DNA from: Vitrella brassicaformis CCMP3155
Lineage: Eukaryota; Protista; Chromerida
Direction of reading: 5' to 3'
Assembly: GCA_001179505.1 (NCBI GenBank)
Contig: CDMY01000362.1
Span: 36,818-100,817 of the forward strand
Length of the DNA stretch: 64,000 nucleotides
Part shown: positions 24,994-37,865 of the stretch, piece after piece
Numbering within the stretch: the first letter of the stretch is position 1
How the letters are laid out: every line of letters starts with the position of its first letter
Program-made: the position numbers and the translations under genes
Notes under the pieces: model-generated
What the model was told of the DNA's origin: nothing
The model's input: the letters and a program-made list of their open reading frames with translations, nothing else
The model's database searches: none

Positions 24994-27968
24994 TCACTTG
25001 TCCAGGTCTGCCTCCCACTGCTCCAGCCTGGCAGCCCCCTCCCCCCACCTCTGGCCTTCCTCACTCCCCTCCCCCGCTCCCTCGCGCCACGCACACACCT
25101 TCCTGCACAAACTCCGCACCAGCAGCCGCAGCGACCCGAGATCACCTGCAGGCGGGCCCTTCGGTGGCCGCCCGCCAGCCATCCCAGTCTCTGTCTTCGT
25201 CTTTTTCTCTTGGTCAATCTGCTGAGCAAGGCGGATCAGCGCCTCTGTTGATGTGAGCAGCTGATCGAGAAAGCCCCCTGTGCCGCCGGGCGATGGGGGC
25301 TGTGTTGATGTAGACGACTGCAGAGTGCGGCACTCCTTCATGCGGTAGCTGTAGGCCGTTGAGGGGTCGGCCAAGTGGTCCTCGTGTAGCTCGCCGAGGA
25401 TGCGCCAGAGAGGGGCCTGGGCGGCTGGTGTGGCCGATATCCGCCCAGCCAGGTCGTCAAGGAAGCCCACATAGGTCTTGAGCAGCTGCCCGCTGCTGCC
25501 CTTGCCATCATCCGCCTCATCCCCTTTCACTCGGCTCGTGACGAGACCGGTCAGCCCCTTGACGAGATCGATCTTGCCGAGCTCCTCGAGCCGCCCGAGA
25601 GCCAGCAGCTGCCTCGCCCCCTCCACCGCCCCCCAGGCATCCTCACACCTCATGGCGATCAGCATCTTGTTGTCGGCAACTCGCCAGTTCTGAGGCGCCC
25701 GCTTGGCTGCCTCCTCGATCGCCAGCCGGGCCTCGCTCACGCTGCCCCGATTGAGGTGCACGCCGGCAAGGTTGGCCCACGCCTCGTGGCTCTCAGGGTC
25801 GATGGCGACGACGCGTGCGAAGGCCTCGAGCGCCTCGTCCCACCTCGCCAGCCGCATGCAGGCACAGCCCTTGGTGAACCATGCGTTGACGTGCAGGGGA
25901 TTGAGCGCCAGGGCCTCGGTGAAGCACTCGACTGACCGGGGAAGGGATTCCGCACCCTGGCTGAAGAAATGCCGCCCCAGCGACCGCATGGCCCGGGCGT
26001 AATGGTGGTTGGAGAGACGCCACGCCTCTTCGTAGCACTGCGGGTCGCGCGTGACGTCGCCGAGACTGCACCAGAGGGGCGGGGTGGGCTTGGCCGCCAG
26101 CCGCTCACGCAGCAGCTTCTCGGCCTGCTGCTCACGGCCGGCAGCGATGAGGCACTCCAGGCCCTCCTCCCACATATGGAGGGACGCAAACCGCTCAAAG
26201 GCCGACAGCAAGGCACCAGTGCGACGCAGGTGGCGTGCGGCCTCCCGGTGGGCTTCCCATCGGCTGGGGTAGTCGACACAATGGACGAATGCCAGCCGAT
26301 GGGATGGTGGGGGGGTCGGGTCGTCGTACTGGTCGATGAGGGCCTGCAGCTGGAGGCATGCGCGGTCCATGGTCTTGGTCCTGTGCAGCTCGGACCGGCT
26401 GCGGAAGTAGAGGCCGGCAGAGTACACCAGCCAGTTGGCCGACAGCTGAGAGCCTTCCTGTCCACTAGGGGGGGCAGAGGGGAGCACCAGACACCTGAAG
26501 AAACGAAAGCAAGACATCAGCTGGCTCACTGACTCCCCACACCCATCCCTGTTTTGCCCACCGTTGCACAAGGGCGTTGAGCTCCTCGGCCGCCAGCTCG
26601 TCACCCACAGGGGCGCTCTCCAGGATGGAAGCACACCTTGTGAGCAGCAGCGCCTGCTCGAGAGCGGTCAGAGGCCTCTCGATTGACCCATTCTCCCCGC
26701 CTTCCCCCGCTAGCAGCCGCGGCCGCTCCAGGATGTCCGTATCGGGGTCCAATTCGGTGAGCTTCACGTCCTGCACCTCGCCAGCCTCTTGCCCTTGAGA
26801 CGACCTGGCTCCATTGTCGGCTGCTTGGCTCTTGGTGAGGACCACCAGCTGCGGCAGTGCGTTGGTCTGATACTGTCGCCTGATGCCCCTCGCACCCGTG
26901 ATGCTGAACTCGAAACCGGCAATCGAACATGCGCGGGAGGCGGCGCGGGTGTATGGCTTGGTGCGCCCGTAGAAGGCCAGTCGGAGTGCCAGCTCGAGGA
27001 CGAGGGCTGCCTGTGCCTCGCGAGATAGGGGCAGGTCAGAGGCGACCTGAGGAGCGGATGTATCATCTGAAAGGCACCCACCATACGAACACGAACAGCT
27101 GTGAGAGAAGGAAGCACTCCATCCGTGTGCCATGCACTCTTGTACCTTGATCGATAGCATCCATCTTGACCGAGAAAGACTCGGTGAGAAGCCCCAGTCG
27201 CTTCAGTGCTTCACTCCCATCTTCAAGACACCTCTTGACCAGTGTGGGTGCAGGCGACCTCGCCCCGCCCAGCAGGCTCCTCTGCCACACAAACGCCAGC
27301 CGCCCGCTCCACACCGCATGGGACGCCATGTCAGCGACACACGGCACGTCCAGCAGCTCCCGCGCCGCCCACAGGTAGGGCACTCCAAGGGCGCGCTCGT
27401 AGATGAGTTCGCCGTCGACAGCCATGTCGTCCACCAGGGCCCTGAGGGAGAACGGTGTGTCGATGGCGGGGAGTGCAGGATCTCCCAGCACGCACACGTC
27501 GGCGAACCGCTGAGGGGGTGGGCCGTCGATGAATGGCCGCTGCTTGGCCTCGTTGAGCCGCTCGCTGTCACGCTGAGGGGCTTCTGGCGGGCCTGTCCAG
27601 CTGCTCTGGAGAAACACCGACAGCATCAGATGAGCGCATCCCAGCACCGCAACTTTTCTGGCGTCCCTCTCGTCATCCGCTGCGCACTCCTCGCCTCGAA
27701 TGAAGGTCTCGCAGTCGCTGCGGATGCTTGCTCGCAGCTGTGATGGGGAGGGGATGGCAGATCTGTCGTCAGGGGGGCTCCGGTGAAGGCTCCTGAGGAT
27801 CTGGTGGGCCAGTGGGGCTGTGAAGGCGTCCAGCAGGCGGCCGCCGTGGCTGACGAGGTGCATGAGCTCATGGAGTTGCGAGATCGTTGGGCATGCGGGG
27901 GTGGCAGTGGCTGTACTGGCCTCCCAGACAGCCTGCGGCTCCAGCAGCTTCGCTTCGAGAGACTTCAT
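24994..27968 (-). CDS. TTC27: Tetratricopeptide repeat protein 27 (TTC27/Emw1 family)
   Basis: Three phase-compatible exons. Family-typical segments NWLVYSAGLYFRSRSE..RTKTMDRACLQLQALIDQ, YPSRW, LWCSLGD..YEEAW....ARAMRSLG, and TPRs (ALALNPLHVNAWFTKGCA, DPESHEAWANLA). Confidence 0.85.
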
Positions 27969-28130
27969 CCTTAATCGCCTCTGCGAGCTCAAAATCGTCT
28001 GCAAGCTAAGCCCCACTCGTCCTTGCAGACGGTTTTGGTTCCTGCATGTCCGCTGAGCCAACTAACCGGTAGTTGGTTCCTGCATGTGCTGACGAGTCCC
28101 CTGGTCCAGCTGCTCAGTGGATAGTCAGTT
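27969..28130. promoter_or_regulatory. Putative 162-bp bidirectional promoter (TTC27 / RING gene) with a 15-bp direct repeat and a small palindrome
   Basis: Divergent ATGs at 27968 (-) and 28131 (+). TTGGTTCCTGCATGT at 28035 and 28073; CCAACTA-accgg-TAGTTGG at 28058-28076. Promoter function is inferred. Confidence 0.45.
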
Positions 28131-31079
28131 ATGGCATCCCCCTCTGACTCAGCAGCAGCGGCATCAGGTGCGGCAGGAATGGCAGGGGCCGGTGAGCCCG
28201 ACGAGTCCCTGTCGACGTGTGAGGTCTGCCTGACGGAATACGACACCACAAGACGAGTACCGCAGATACTTTCCCGATGCGGTAAGAGGGACGGGCCCGG
28301 AGGAAGGAGGCTCTAAGAATATGCTGCGTGTCCATCTCTGCAGGTCACACGTTCTGTTCCGACGTGAGCCACCATGATGCATGCAGTGCACGCGATACGA
28401 CGACATGCATCAACAAAGGGCCCATCGGCATCCTTTCTTCTTTGCTTGCTCTTCAGTGCATTGGCCACATGCAGAAACTCCAGCCAGAAGTCACATGTCC
28501 CAGCTGCAGGTTGGTGGGGCGGCACCGTCAGGCAGGAGGGAGCGCGAAGTAATTGCAGAGAAATACACCCATTGGATGTCATGTGCTCACCAATCAGGAT
28601 CGTGACTCCTGCCCATGAAGTGCGTCGAAACTTTGCATTGTGCCAGGTGGTCGAGCTCGCCCATGTAGGCCTGGGCGGGCGGCAAGAGGCCAAACAGTGC
28701 AAGAGAGACGACATCCCCGTCAACGCGTTTGGCGGTGAGGCAGGAGACAAGGGGGAGAGAGGGAGACAGGCCAACAAAGGGCGTCACTCATCGCTTTTGT
28801 GCTGTGTAGATGAGTGTGACGAGTGCGTGTGTCCCTCCTGCTACATCACGCCTGACGCCCCGTGCTATGCCCACAAGCGATCGCACATCAAGGATGCCGT
28901 CATGGAGAAACTAGAAGTCGCTAAGCGGACCAACGAGGTGAGTGATGGAGCATAGGCATGTTGTCTCCTGATTGTCTTCCTTCGTGTGTGTGTCAGCTTC
29001 TCCAGAGCAGCAGGACGGCGCTTCTTGAGAGAGGCACCCGCAGCGAAAAGGCCCAGGAGGTGAGCAAATCGCAACGACACCAATACGGAAATGGGGTACG
29101 ATTTATGGTGTGTCTCTGTGTGCAGCACTACCGGCGGTGTTTCAGCAACGCCGAAGACGAGGTCCGTTCGCAATTCACGTGAGCAACCGGAAAGAAAGAC
29201 AGGTCGACTTCCACGGATGCCAGCCAAGCTTACTCTGCGTGGTGTGTGTATGTCTCAGCCGTACTGAAGATCGCATCGTGCAGAAGATCAGAGAGGAGAG
29301 GGTAAGCAAGCAGGGGAGAGAATGAACCGCCTTGCGACTAAATGGTCTCAACAGATTGCTTGCTATGGTGTGGTGTGTCAATGTATGTCAGCAACGGGCC
29401 CTCCGCACTTTGCAAGATGAGTACCAGAAGGGCGTCTCAGCGTTCGAGCAGAGACGACATGAGTCAGCCAAACTTCAGAAGAACATCGACAACGCCCTCG
29501 CAAAGATACAAACCCTCCTCGGCGACGCAGGTGCGTACCACCAGCACTTCAACAAGCCCTCAGCCCAACGTTGTCTTGACTTGATTTCCCTTCACACCAG
29601 CCCGACGCGTTTTGGGATCTGAGTCGAGCAGCAAGGCAGCTGCTGCCCACAATATCAGCACGGCCGAGGTGGATCTTCTGGAGGCGCTCACGCAGATAGA
29701 GGCCGACATCATCGGCGAGATTGACGGTTCTACGACAATCGCACCCGGCAGCGACAATCGCACGCTACAGCAGCTGCAGAATGGCGTTGGCACCCAGCTG
29801 CGGCCGGTGACTGATCCAGCCCCGGGGACTGGCGGGCAGGCCACTGGTCAGGGAAGCAGCAACTTGATCCAGCGGATGGCAGCGCGGCTGACAGACGCAA
29901 CGCCGCCCTCCTATGCGTAAGCCCATTGACCACCGGGACGAATCGACGAGCGTGGTGGTGGTTGATGGCGTGGGCGGGCGGGTGTGTTGTATTGGTTGTG
30001 CAGCATGTCTGTCCCTCGTGTATCCCCTGTTCGTCGAGACCTGGACAGGGTGCTGGGCAGGATTGTGGACATCACTTTCACAGATACCAACTGCAGCGGT
30101 AAGCTGACTACCAACATAGAGACAAATCAAATGCAATCAGGGTGTCGGGACGCGTGTGTTAAGAGGGCGACACCGGCAGGAACTTGGGCAATGGACGGAG
30201 CGAGCAGGAGCGGAGCTCGACCGAGACAGAGGTGCGCATGCCTCACACACACACACACACACACACACGCCGTGCGTCATGCGGCCCCTCTTGCGTTGTG
30301 GGTGTGTGCAGGGCACACATGGCCGCCGGCAGCGCGCAGCGGTCCGTCCAATGGGTGTATACGTGCCGCCCACGAACAGAGGCACGCCATCGAACACCAC
30401 CAACACAGAGGTGCGCGTGCCATACACACACACACACACACACAGGAGAGATCCATCACGTCGCGCATTGGGTTCGGGGGGTGGTTGTGGGTGGTTGTGC
30501 AGATGACGTCTCAGCGCACCAACGGGCAGCCGACCAACAACGTGGAGCCGCCATCCCGAAACCGAGACCGCGAAGGAGCGTCACATGGTGTTTTCGCTTA
30601 TGCAGCCAATCCGGTTTCCGATCGCGAAGGCACAACAGCGGAGCAACCCAACACAAAGACGCCAAAGTTTCAGGTACGCATTGCCGGCAGAAGACCATCT
30701 TCGCCTCATCACTTGTGCGCACGTCATCCCTGTGCGTGACGGGCGATTGTGTGTGTGTCTCTGCCCTGCAGACTCACGAGGAGGAGCGCGCACACTGGAA
30801 CGCGCAGCGGGCCGCACACCAGGGGTATGTTGCGTGCGCGTTGTGGCATTGCCCGCTTTTCTCACACCTGTGTGTGTGCGCCTTCTCAGGATTGGCGCGT
30901 TCGAGCACTTGGATATGCGCTTCCGTTTCAGAGAGAGCGGCGGAGGCGGCGTCGTGTACAAGAAGGTATGTGCTCTGCTTTCATCAACCCGTCACTGACA
31001 GACAGAGGTTCTTTCTTCCTCCTGTGTGTTCGACCGACAGGGGCCCCAGTGGCAGAATCGCTCAAGGGGCCGACACTGA
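28131..31079 (+). CDS. RING finger + degenerate B-box + coiled-coil protein (TRIM-like putative E3 ligase)
   Basis: CEVC...VPQILSRCGHTFCSDC...VTCPSCR (C3HC4 RING), RRNFAL linker, CKRD...DECDECVCPSC....C.AHKRSH (B-box-like), then heptad-rich exons. About 14 phase-compatible exons ending RGRH* at 31079. Confidence 0.8.
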
Positions 31080-32002
31080 GAGCCGTTGGGTGTGTCATGT
31101 GTGCTGCGTGGCGGGTGACTCCGGTGCTGTATGAACGATGTACATACATATTGGCGTGTTTCTTGTACACACACTGATGTCAGAGGGGCCCCAACCACGG
31201 GTGGGGTGTGATGTGGGATCGATCCCTGTCTGTCAGCACAACTGCATGAGTGGCTGTCTGGAGTCGGTTCGTGGAGGCTGGCATGACTGTTTCCCGGACG
31301 TGCGTACGAGATGAAGAGACAAGTGGCTCATGGACATTCTTATGCCCTTGAACGTTCTGCCAAGTCAGTCGTGCGATAGGTAACCCCACAAGGACAACAA
31401 GGATGCGTACAGGCTCAGAATGCATTCAGCCTTTGACCACCTGCGTCCACCCGCCCATCCCTCCCATGACCACCCTCCTCATGGCGGGTAAATCCATCGG
31501 TCCGCCCACCCGCCTGCTGTCGTCACGCCGACTCCCGTCGCCTATCGCCGGGCTCTGCCTCGTCCACGTGCTATGGTGGGCCGACGGGGCTGACACGGGA
31601 CGCGCAGGGTCGGGCACGGTGGCGTCGTGCGGCTGACTATCCTCCGCCTCGCGCTCTCGTTTCCTGACCAGGGGAGGGGGGAAGAGAATCCTGGCCAGGT
31701 GCCTTGTGCGCGGAGGACGAATCAGCTCCCTGACACAACACACAGGGACGAAGGGCTTTTACGTAACAAACCCCTAGACATAAGATGTGTCCCTCGTCAG
31801 TCACCTTGCAGTGCCGCATTCCTTGATGCCCAGGTGCTCGAGGAGCCGCTCGGATCCCTTCTCGTCATCTCCCTGGCCCCGCCACGTGAATGGCCCGGGA
31901 ATGATGGCCGTTATCGCGTTGCTCTCGTCGTCTCGATTTAGCTGAAGAAACACGCAGCCAGCAAACACGACTGAGCGACAGACGTATGGCAATGCAAACA
32001 TT

Positions 32003-35000
32003 TTAACATACCCCGACAGATCGAGCAGTTGATGGCCTCGACTGCCTTGACAGGGGAGGCGCAGAAGGCAGAAAGGCTGGCGAGATTCCAACATCCTCAT
32101 CTTCCTCCTTTCTTCTCAGCAACGGCGACCCAGGCCGCGACAAACACACGGGTGTCCCAGGAGGTGAGCACGAGGGACTCTCACGCAGACTGGCATGTGG
32201 CCCTCTCGCCCGCCTCGCGAAGAAGAAGGCAGCAATGGGACTGACTGGTCGGTGTCTCAGCGTCCTGTGAGGGCTTGCAGAGCGCTGCATAGGCGGAGAT
32301 GAGCGGGGAGATCCCTTTTTGGCGGGCGTGCTCTGTGGCGGGACAGGCGATGAAGGCGGCTGGGAGGGAGGGCTGGGGGAGGAGGGAGATGTGGCAGGGA
32401 CGGTGGACTGGAGGGTGATGGGGCGTGTAAGGCCCCGAGACAAGTTCGGATGGGGAAAGAGGCCCATCTCTGTCTTCTCTTCTCTCCCACCCGCCGGATC
32501 TCGGATGTCTGCGATGCCCGAGGGACGCCTTAAGAGGATGGGCGATCTCTCAGAGCCAGACCCAAACGAGCCGCTGGTGATGTGTCCTTTCACCATCCGT
32601 CTGTGCCGGAAAGACATGTGCTTGGGCCGCGGAGAGACACGGGGTGATGACGAGGGAGATGCGGCCTTCAGCAAAGTGGCGTCGAAGGGCATTGTGAGAT
32701 CCACCTGAGGGGCGGGTGCCGCCTGTCTGAAAGACCCGGGCCACTCAAACTTGCGAGGCGACACGTTGACGGAGGCCCGGCGTGTCTCCAGCTCTCTTCG
32801 TCTTTTCGTCAGCGCCTCGCCAGCTCGTTCACCCCCTTTGCCCCTGCCTTCAGGCCGTGGGCGCGCCGATCGGGCTGATAGTCGTATTCTGATGGGCGTC
32901 GATCGGTCAGAGGGAGACACGAGGCGTGATGAGCCCCTGGGTCCCCTCTCCTGGCCCGCTGTTACAGGCCGAGGGCCAGGACCTTCCCAGCTGCAGAAAG
33001 GACATATGTGGCAGTCGTAGGATTCGATTGTGTTGCATGTGATTGTGTTGTCCATACCTTGAGACGGCATCCTTGAGCATCAGCACTTCATCATCGTCGT
33101 CGGCGGCGTCCGGCAACAGCCTCTCCCGTGGAAGGCTGGCTGTTGGTCTCTCGCCGGCCAAGGCAGTGCGTGGTCTTGACGGCAGCCTGATCTCGGTGTC
33201 GGCTTTCGGTGTGGTCCGATGTGCGTCCTTGGTCACCTTGACGATCATTGTGCGTCCCTGTTCGCAAGGAAATGGGGACACATCACGAAAACGAACAAAA
33301 TGATGGCCTGATCTTTTTCTTGTACGAATGCGTGAAAGGTCTTGATGTCCTCCGGGTCCTGCTGCTCCTGCTGCAACTGGTCAAAAATTGGATGTCCTCC
33401 GGCAACTGGTGCGAGAGAACGCGCAATGCAGAACGGACGAACGGCAAATTGAATGAAGTCGGCAATTACCGCTGTAGTCGAGGATATCAGGAAGCCTTTT
33501 CCTCTTCTTCACTTTGCGTGAGATGTTCTCGTGTAGCCTTCAGGACAGACAGCACAAGACCACTTCGTCTGCCTGTGCGTGTGTGTGTCTCTCGTCTTTC
33601 CTTCGCCCTCACCTTGACAGCGTCTCAGCATCTTTATTGTCTTCGCTCGGGTTGCTGTCCGAACCCTCGTCATCTGGCTCTATGAATGCCTGTGATGCCC
33701 GAGACATCAGGCGAGACAGCCGATGTTTTGGCGCGACGCCCTCCAACTCGGCTGCAACTTGGGCCTGGAAGTCACGACGCAGCTGAAGGGCAGAAAATGA
33801 CGGACACCATAGAGCAGAAGGTCAGAGCCCATCGGCCTTCTGACCTGGTAAAGATTCGCGTCGGCCATGTGGCCGTAGGCAAGAAAGGGGAAGTAGTGCT
33901 CTGAGCCATCAAAGTTCTCATGTATATCGAACGCGTCCCACGTTGAGAAGAGCGTGGGCAGATGCGATGGCACGGCGGCACGCGCAAGCGACTGGTCGTG
34001 CAATGCAGGCGCCGGAGCAGAGAAATGCTCCGTCGTGGCCCGATGAAGGAGCACCTTCTTGACCAGATGTTGGAACTGTTTCTCTTCGTTCTGAAGCTTC
34101 CGCGCGTCCTCAATAGCGTTTTGCATGCGCTGTGCTTCGGGGAAGTAGCCCTTTATCTTGGCCAGTGCACGTGCGACGAGGGGGCCCACGCACTGGAGAC
34201 GACCGGGTGTCAACTCGTATTGCAGAGAGCTGGCATTACCTTGGCGTTCGGATGAGGGCGCGACCCACTGAGGCAGAGTAACACACATCGGCCAAGCAAG
34301 CGCAGGAAAGTGATCGCATGTCGGCTTCCCCCGCATGTCTCGTACCTCCTGCTCTTGTTCAGGGTGGTTGCTGACCCACTGCAAGCTCTCAATCTTGAGG
34401 TCGATGTTCTGCGCTGGATTGAGAGCGCCATACCGACTGGCCCCCCTCGCAAACTGATGCCGAGCGCCCTCGGGGCCCCTCACAGGAGCTTCCACTTGAT
34501 GATCCGCTCCTTCGGCTGCTGCAGCAGTTGCAGAAATGAGGGCCTGGATGTCCTGGAAGTGTGCATGTTTCTGCGCCGGCATGGTCATGGTCGCTCCCTC
34601 CCTCCTGGGTGGGGGGTCGATCACATTGGGCAGCATGCCTCCCTGCAGCCGCGTCCACCCCCGCTCTCTCGCTTCGATCTCGAAAGGCGTCAGAGCATGC
34701 ACCGCAGCGGCCTTCATGGCCTTCTCTGTCTGAGTGCGAGGCTGCCTGTTTTCCAGTTCTCTGCGGAGTCTGCGTTCGTACTTGAGGCACAGGTCGCTCC
34801 ACGCTGGCTTAGGCGGGAGGGGCACGCGCTGTAGACGAAAGGAAACCGACACAAAGATACCATTCAGTGCATTTCAGGTGGCACTTACCCTGTCAGCGGT
34901 CCAGCAGGAGGCCTCGATGGCGTAGCAGAACTTACAGCGAAACTCCTTGAAGATGACACAGCGGGCTGTACCGAGCTTGCTGGGCGGCATGCCAAATTTG

Positions 35001-37810
35001 CAGCCAGTCCAGACAAGATCAAATCTGGAGACACATGAGCCCTTTCCACTTCGTGTCTCCTCCCGTGTCTGTGCTCTGGCGTACCCTCCGAGGCAGCACA
35101 GTCTCGCCAGCAGCCTGATCTCCACGTTGTCAGCAACCGGGTTGCTCCCAGGCAAGCCGAACAGGCTGAGAGGCTCCTCGGCCATTCGTGCACTGGGGCT
35201 GCCTGGGCGCGACGGAGGCTTGTATCTGCACCCGTAAAGGAAGATGCCTTTGCGCTTCGAATGGCCGTGGAAGTCGAAGAAAGCGAGAATTTCCCTCCCC
35301 TGCAGAGAAGGGCGGATCATCAAAGGAATCAATCATTCTTCTCTGGCTCTATATGAGTGCTTACTTGATCATGAAGCTGCCTGAGCAGTTTTTTCAGGTG
35401 GAAAACCGACGGGTGAAGGAACTCCTTCGGCGATGCAAAAACCCGATTCAGATCGACACCTGATGCACGCATAAAGCAGCCGTCTTGGCGCCTGGCTGTG
35501 AAGGGGCATGCGGCTTTGTCACCATTACCGGCAAGTGAGCAGCGATAGTTGCCATAGATGACACCGTCCGGATTCATCATTGGGACGACAACAAAATGGT
35601 AGGCACGACGCAACAAGATCGCATGCGGCGAATCTCCAACCAAAAACCGAATAAAACCTGTATAGTACACACAACAACACACCAGCCCAAAGCAGGCGGC
35701 CTGAGTTTTCCCTCTTTCTTCCTTTGTCCATTTTCACTTGCATCCCACCATGAATCATCCAGCTGCCCTGGGGCTCCCCAGGGTGCAGTCGTGCGATCAA
35801 AACGACAACCGGCTTCCTAGACCTCAGCAGCCTGAGCTCTGGAGGAGCTGGCTCTGGAGAGGACGAGCCTTCACGCTTGCCCCTGCCCTTGTCAGGCGGA
35901 ACAGACTTGGATAGAGGCCTTTCACTCATCGCCGACAGCGGCCTGTGTGGAAGACCGATCATCGGCCGGCCCACTCAAACAAACGATTGTACGTTCCTGT
36001 CGTGTCACGCTTCTTGCCTGCTTGTGTTTGGCGTGCTGCCTCGGGGATGTGCCGGCTCTGTGCAGGGTGTTGGGGGGGCTGACGCCATCTCGTGGACCTC
36101 CAACATATCGACACGCAAACCTGTATGCACGCAAATCAATGCAAAAACGATGTCAATGCTTTCCATCACAGATCCGTCGATCACACCTGCGATTGACTGG
36201 CAAAGCGTGTGGCGCCTGAGCAGCGCCGCAGAATGTGGGTTTTCCTCCAGGGCGTCGAGGAAGTCCTGCACATGGAGAGATAGACGGACGGGCTTGGGCA
36301 TTTGTGTCTCTCCTCCACCTGCAGGAGCGAGTATGTGTACGGGTAGTGGTACGCGAAGAAGACGGTGTCGTCTTCGTGTTCCCAGTCATATTCAAAACTC
36401 AGTACTGAAAAGTAACCGCGATCGTTCGGACGGAGAAGCGTGCCCTGTGGCAGATACGACAATGCGGGACATGACTGATAGGAAAGAGAGACGAGGGGAC
36501 AAACCCTCACGCGTGAGTATCTGATGTTTCTTCCAGCTCTCTCCCATCCTCGTCCTGCTTTGGTGCTCCAAGACACGGGACGCATGCCCTGAAGAAACAG
36601 TTGCCTTTATGCTGCAAGTCAGACTGATGCCCCAAAACAAATCCTACTTGAGAGTAGAGCGAATTTGGCTTGGCACAGTTCTCGATCTGGAAGGTATAGG
36701 TGACGCCCTTCGTCCCACCGGCCACACACCAGTAGAACCTGCATGGACAGCAGCGAAGTCGGTTGTCCAATGAGGATGACAAAAGGTGTGGGTGTGTATC
36801 TACCATTGCGTGTGTCCGATACTGTTCGTATCCGGCTCGAGCAGCAGCTTGTACACATGAGCAGACACAGCCGTCGCTATCAACAGATTGCCGTTCTCAA
36901 ACGCAGCCGAGAAACACAGACTGCCTGCAGACAAGGGGGGTCACCAATTAATTTCATTTCACTGTGCCGCCGCTGCCTTACTCACCTGCTCTCCCCTGTC
37001 CACTCGGCTGGCCAACCACGCCTTCTTGCGCTGCTGGAGGGCACCACGGGGAGGGGTGGAGCGGCTTCAAGTAGAGCTTGTTGGGGTTGGGTGGATACTG
37101 GGTCATGTTCAACAACGGAGGCTTCTCTTTGGTTGAAGGGGTCTTGTGCTGATGGTGGATGGACAAATTCACAATGGCCCTGATGGCGGACTGCCATCGA
37201 TGGTATTCGTCGACGTGGTGACTGGCAGGAGAGAAGAAGGAAAACGACAAAAGTGGGTCTGTGTTGACTGATTACCGGTCATAGACGATTTGCCTTCGTG
37301 ATTCCTCCCATGCAGCCAAGTAGACGGCAATTTCTCCCTTTACACTGCGAAAAGAGCCATCAATATCACATGATGCAGTCATCCATAATGCCATGCATTC
37401 ACCTGTCAAGAAAGGCTTTGCCACTGAGTCCCTTGTCCTTCCTCCAATTCGCCACATCCTCTTCCTCCCCCTCATCTTCTTCTTCCCAGCCCTCGTTGTC
37501 GCTTCCCTCGCTCCATCTCTCGTACTCAGCATCCCCCTCAACCCCATCAGCAACTTTGGCAAGCGAAACCGGCTCCGCCACAGGATGCGGGTGTCTGTCA
37601 CGAAGCTCGGCCTCTTCAGGAAGGGACCTGCCGAATGGTATGATGGGGCTGTCGTTCGATGAGTCCTCCATGCAGGATAGAGGCTGGGATTCTGAGGCCG
37701 TCTCGAGCATTCGGCCCCCACTTACCCCCACGCGCGCAGACGCATCGCAGATGCCGCATGCACTGGACCATGCGGGCGTCCTCTGTTTCCCTTCCTCGGC
37801 CAAGATCATA
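32003..37810 (-). CDS. Cytosolic carboxypeptidase (M14D, Nna1/CCP/AGBL tubulin deglutamylase family) with long low-complexity C-terminus
   Basis: FENGNL, HTQWFYW, FAYHYPYTYS, ARLHPGE (Zn HxxE), [31 protein letters not shown] (Zn His), YAIEAS (catalytic Glu). Exons join in phase; 5' and 3' ends approximate. Confidence 0.92.
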
Positions 37811-37865
37811 TTCCGCAGATGCGTCCCAGGACCCAAGATCATATTCCGCAGATGCGTCCCAGGAC
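37800..37865. repeat. 33-bp perfect tandem duplication at the junction of the two divergent genes
   Basis: ccaagatcatattccgcagatgcgtcccaggac twice. Each copy contains an ATG on each strand. Confidence 0.9.

Noticed and set aside
36005-36007. Stop or frameshift inside the carboxypeptidase
   Set aside because: A canonical ~66-nt phase-2 intron (GTGACA...CCACACAG) removes it and restores frame.
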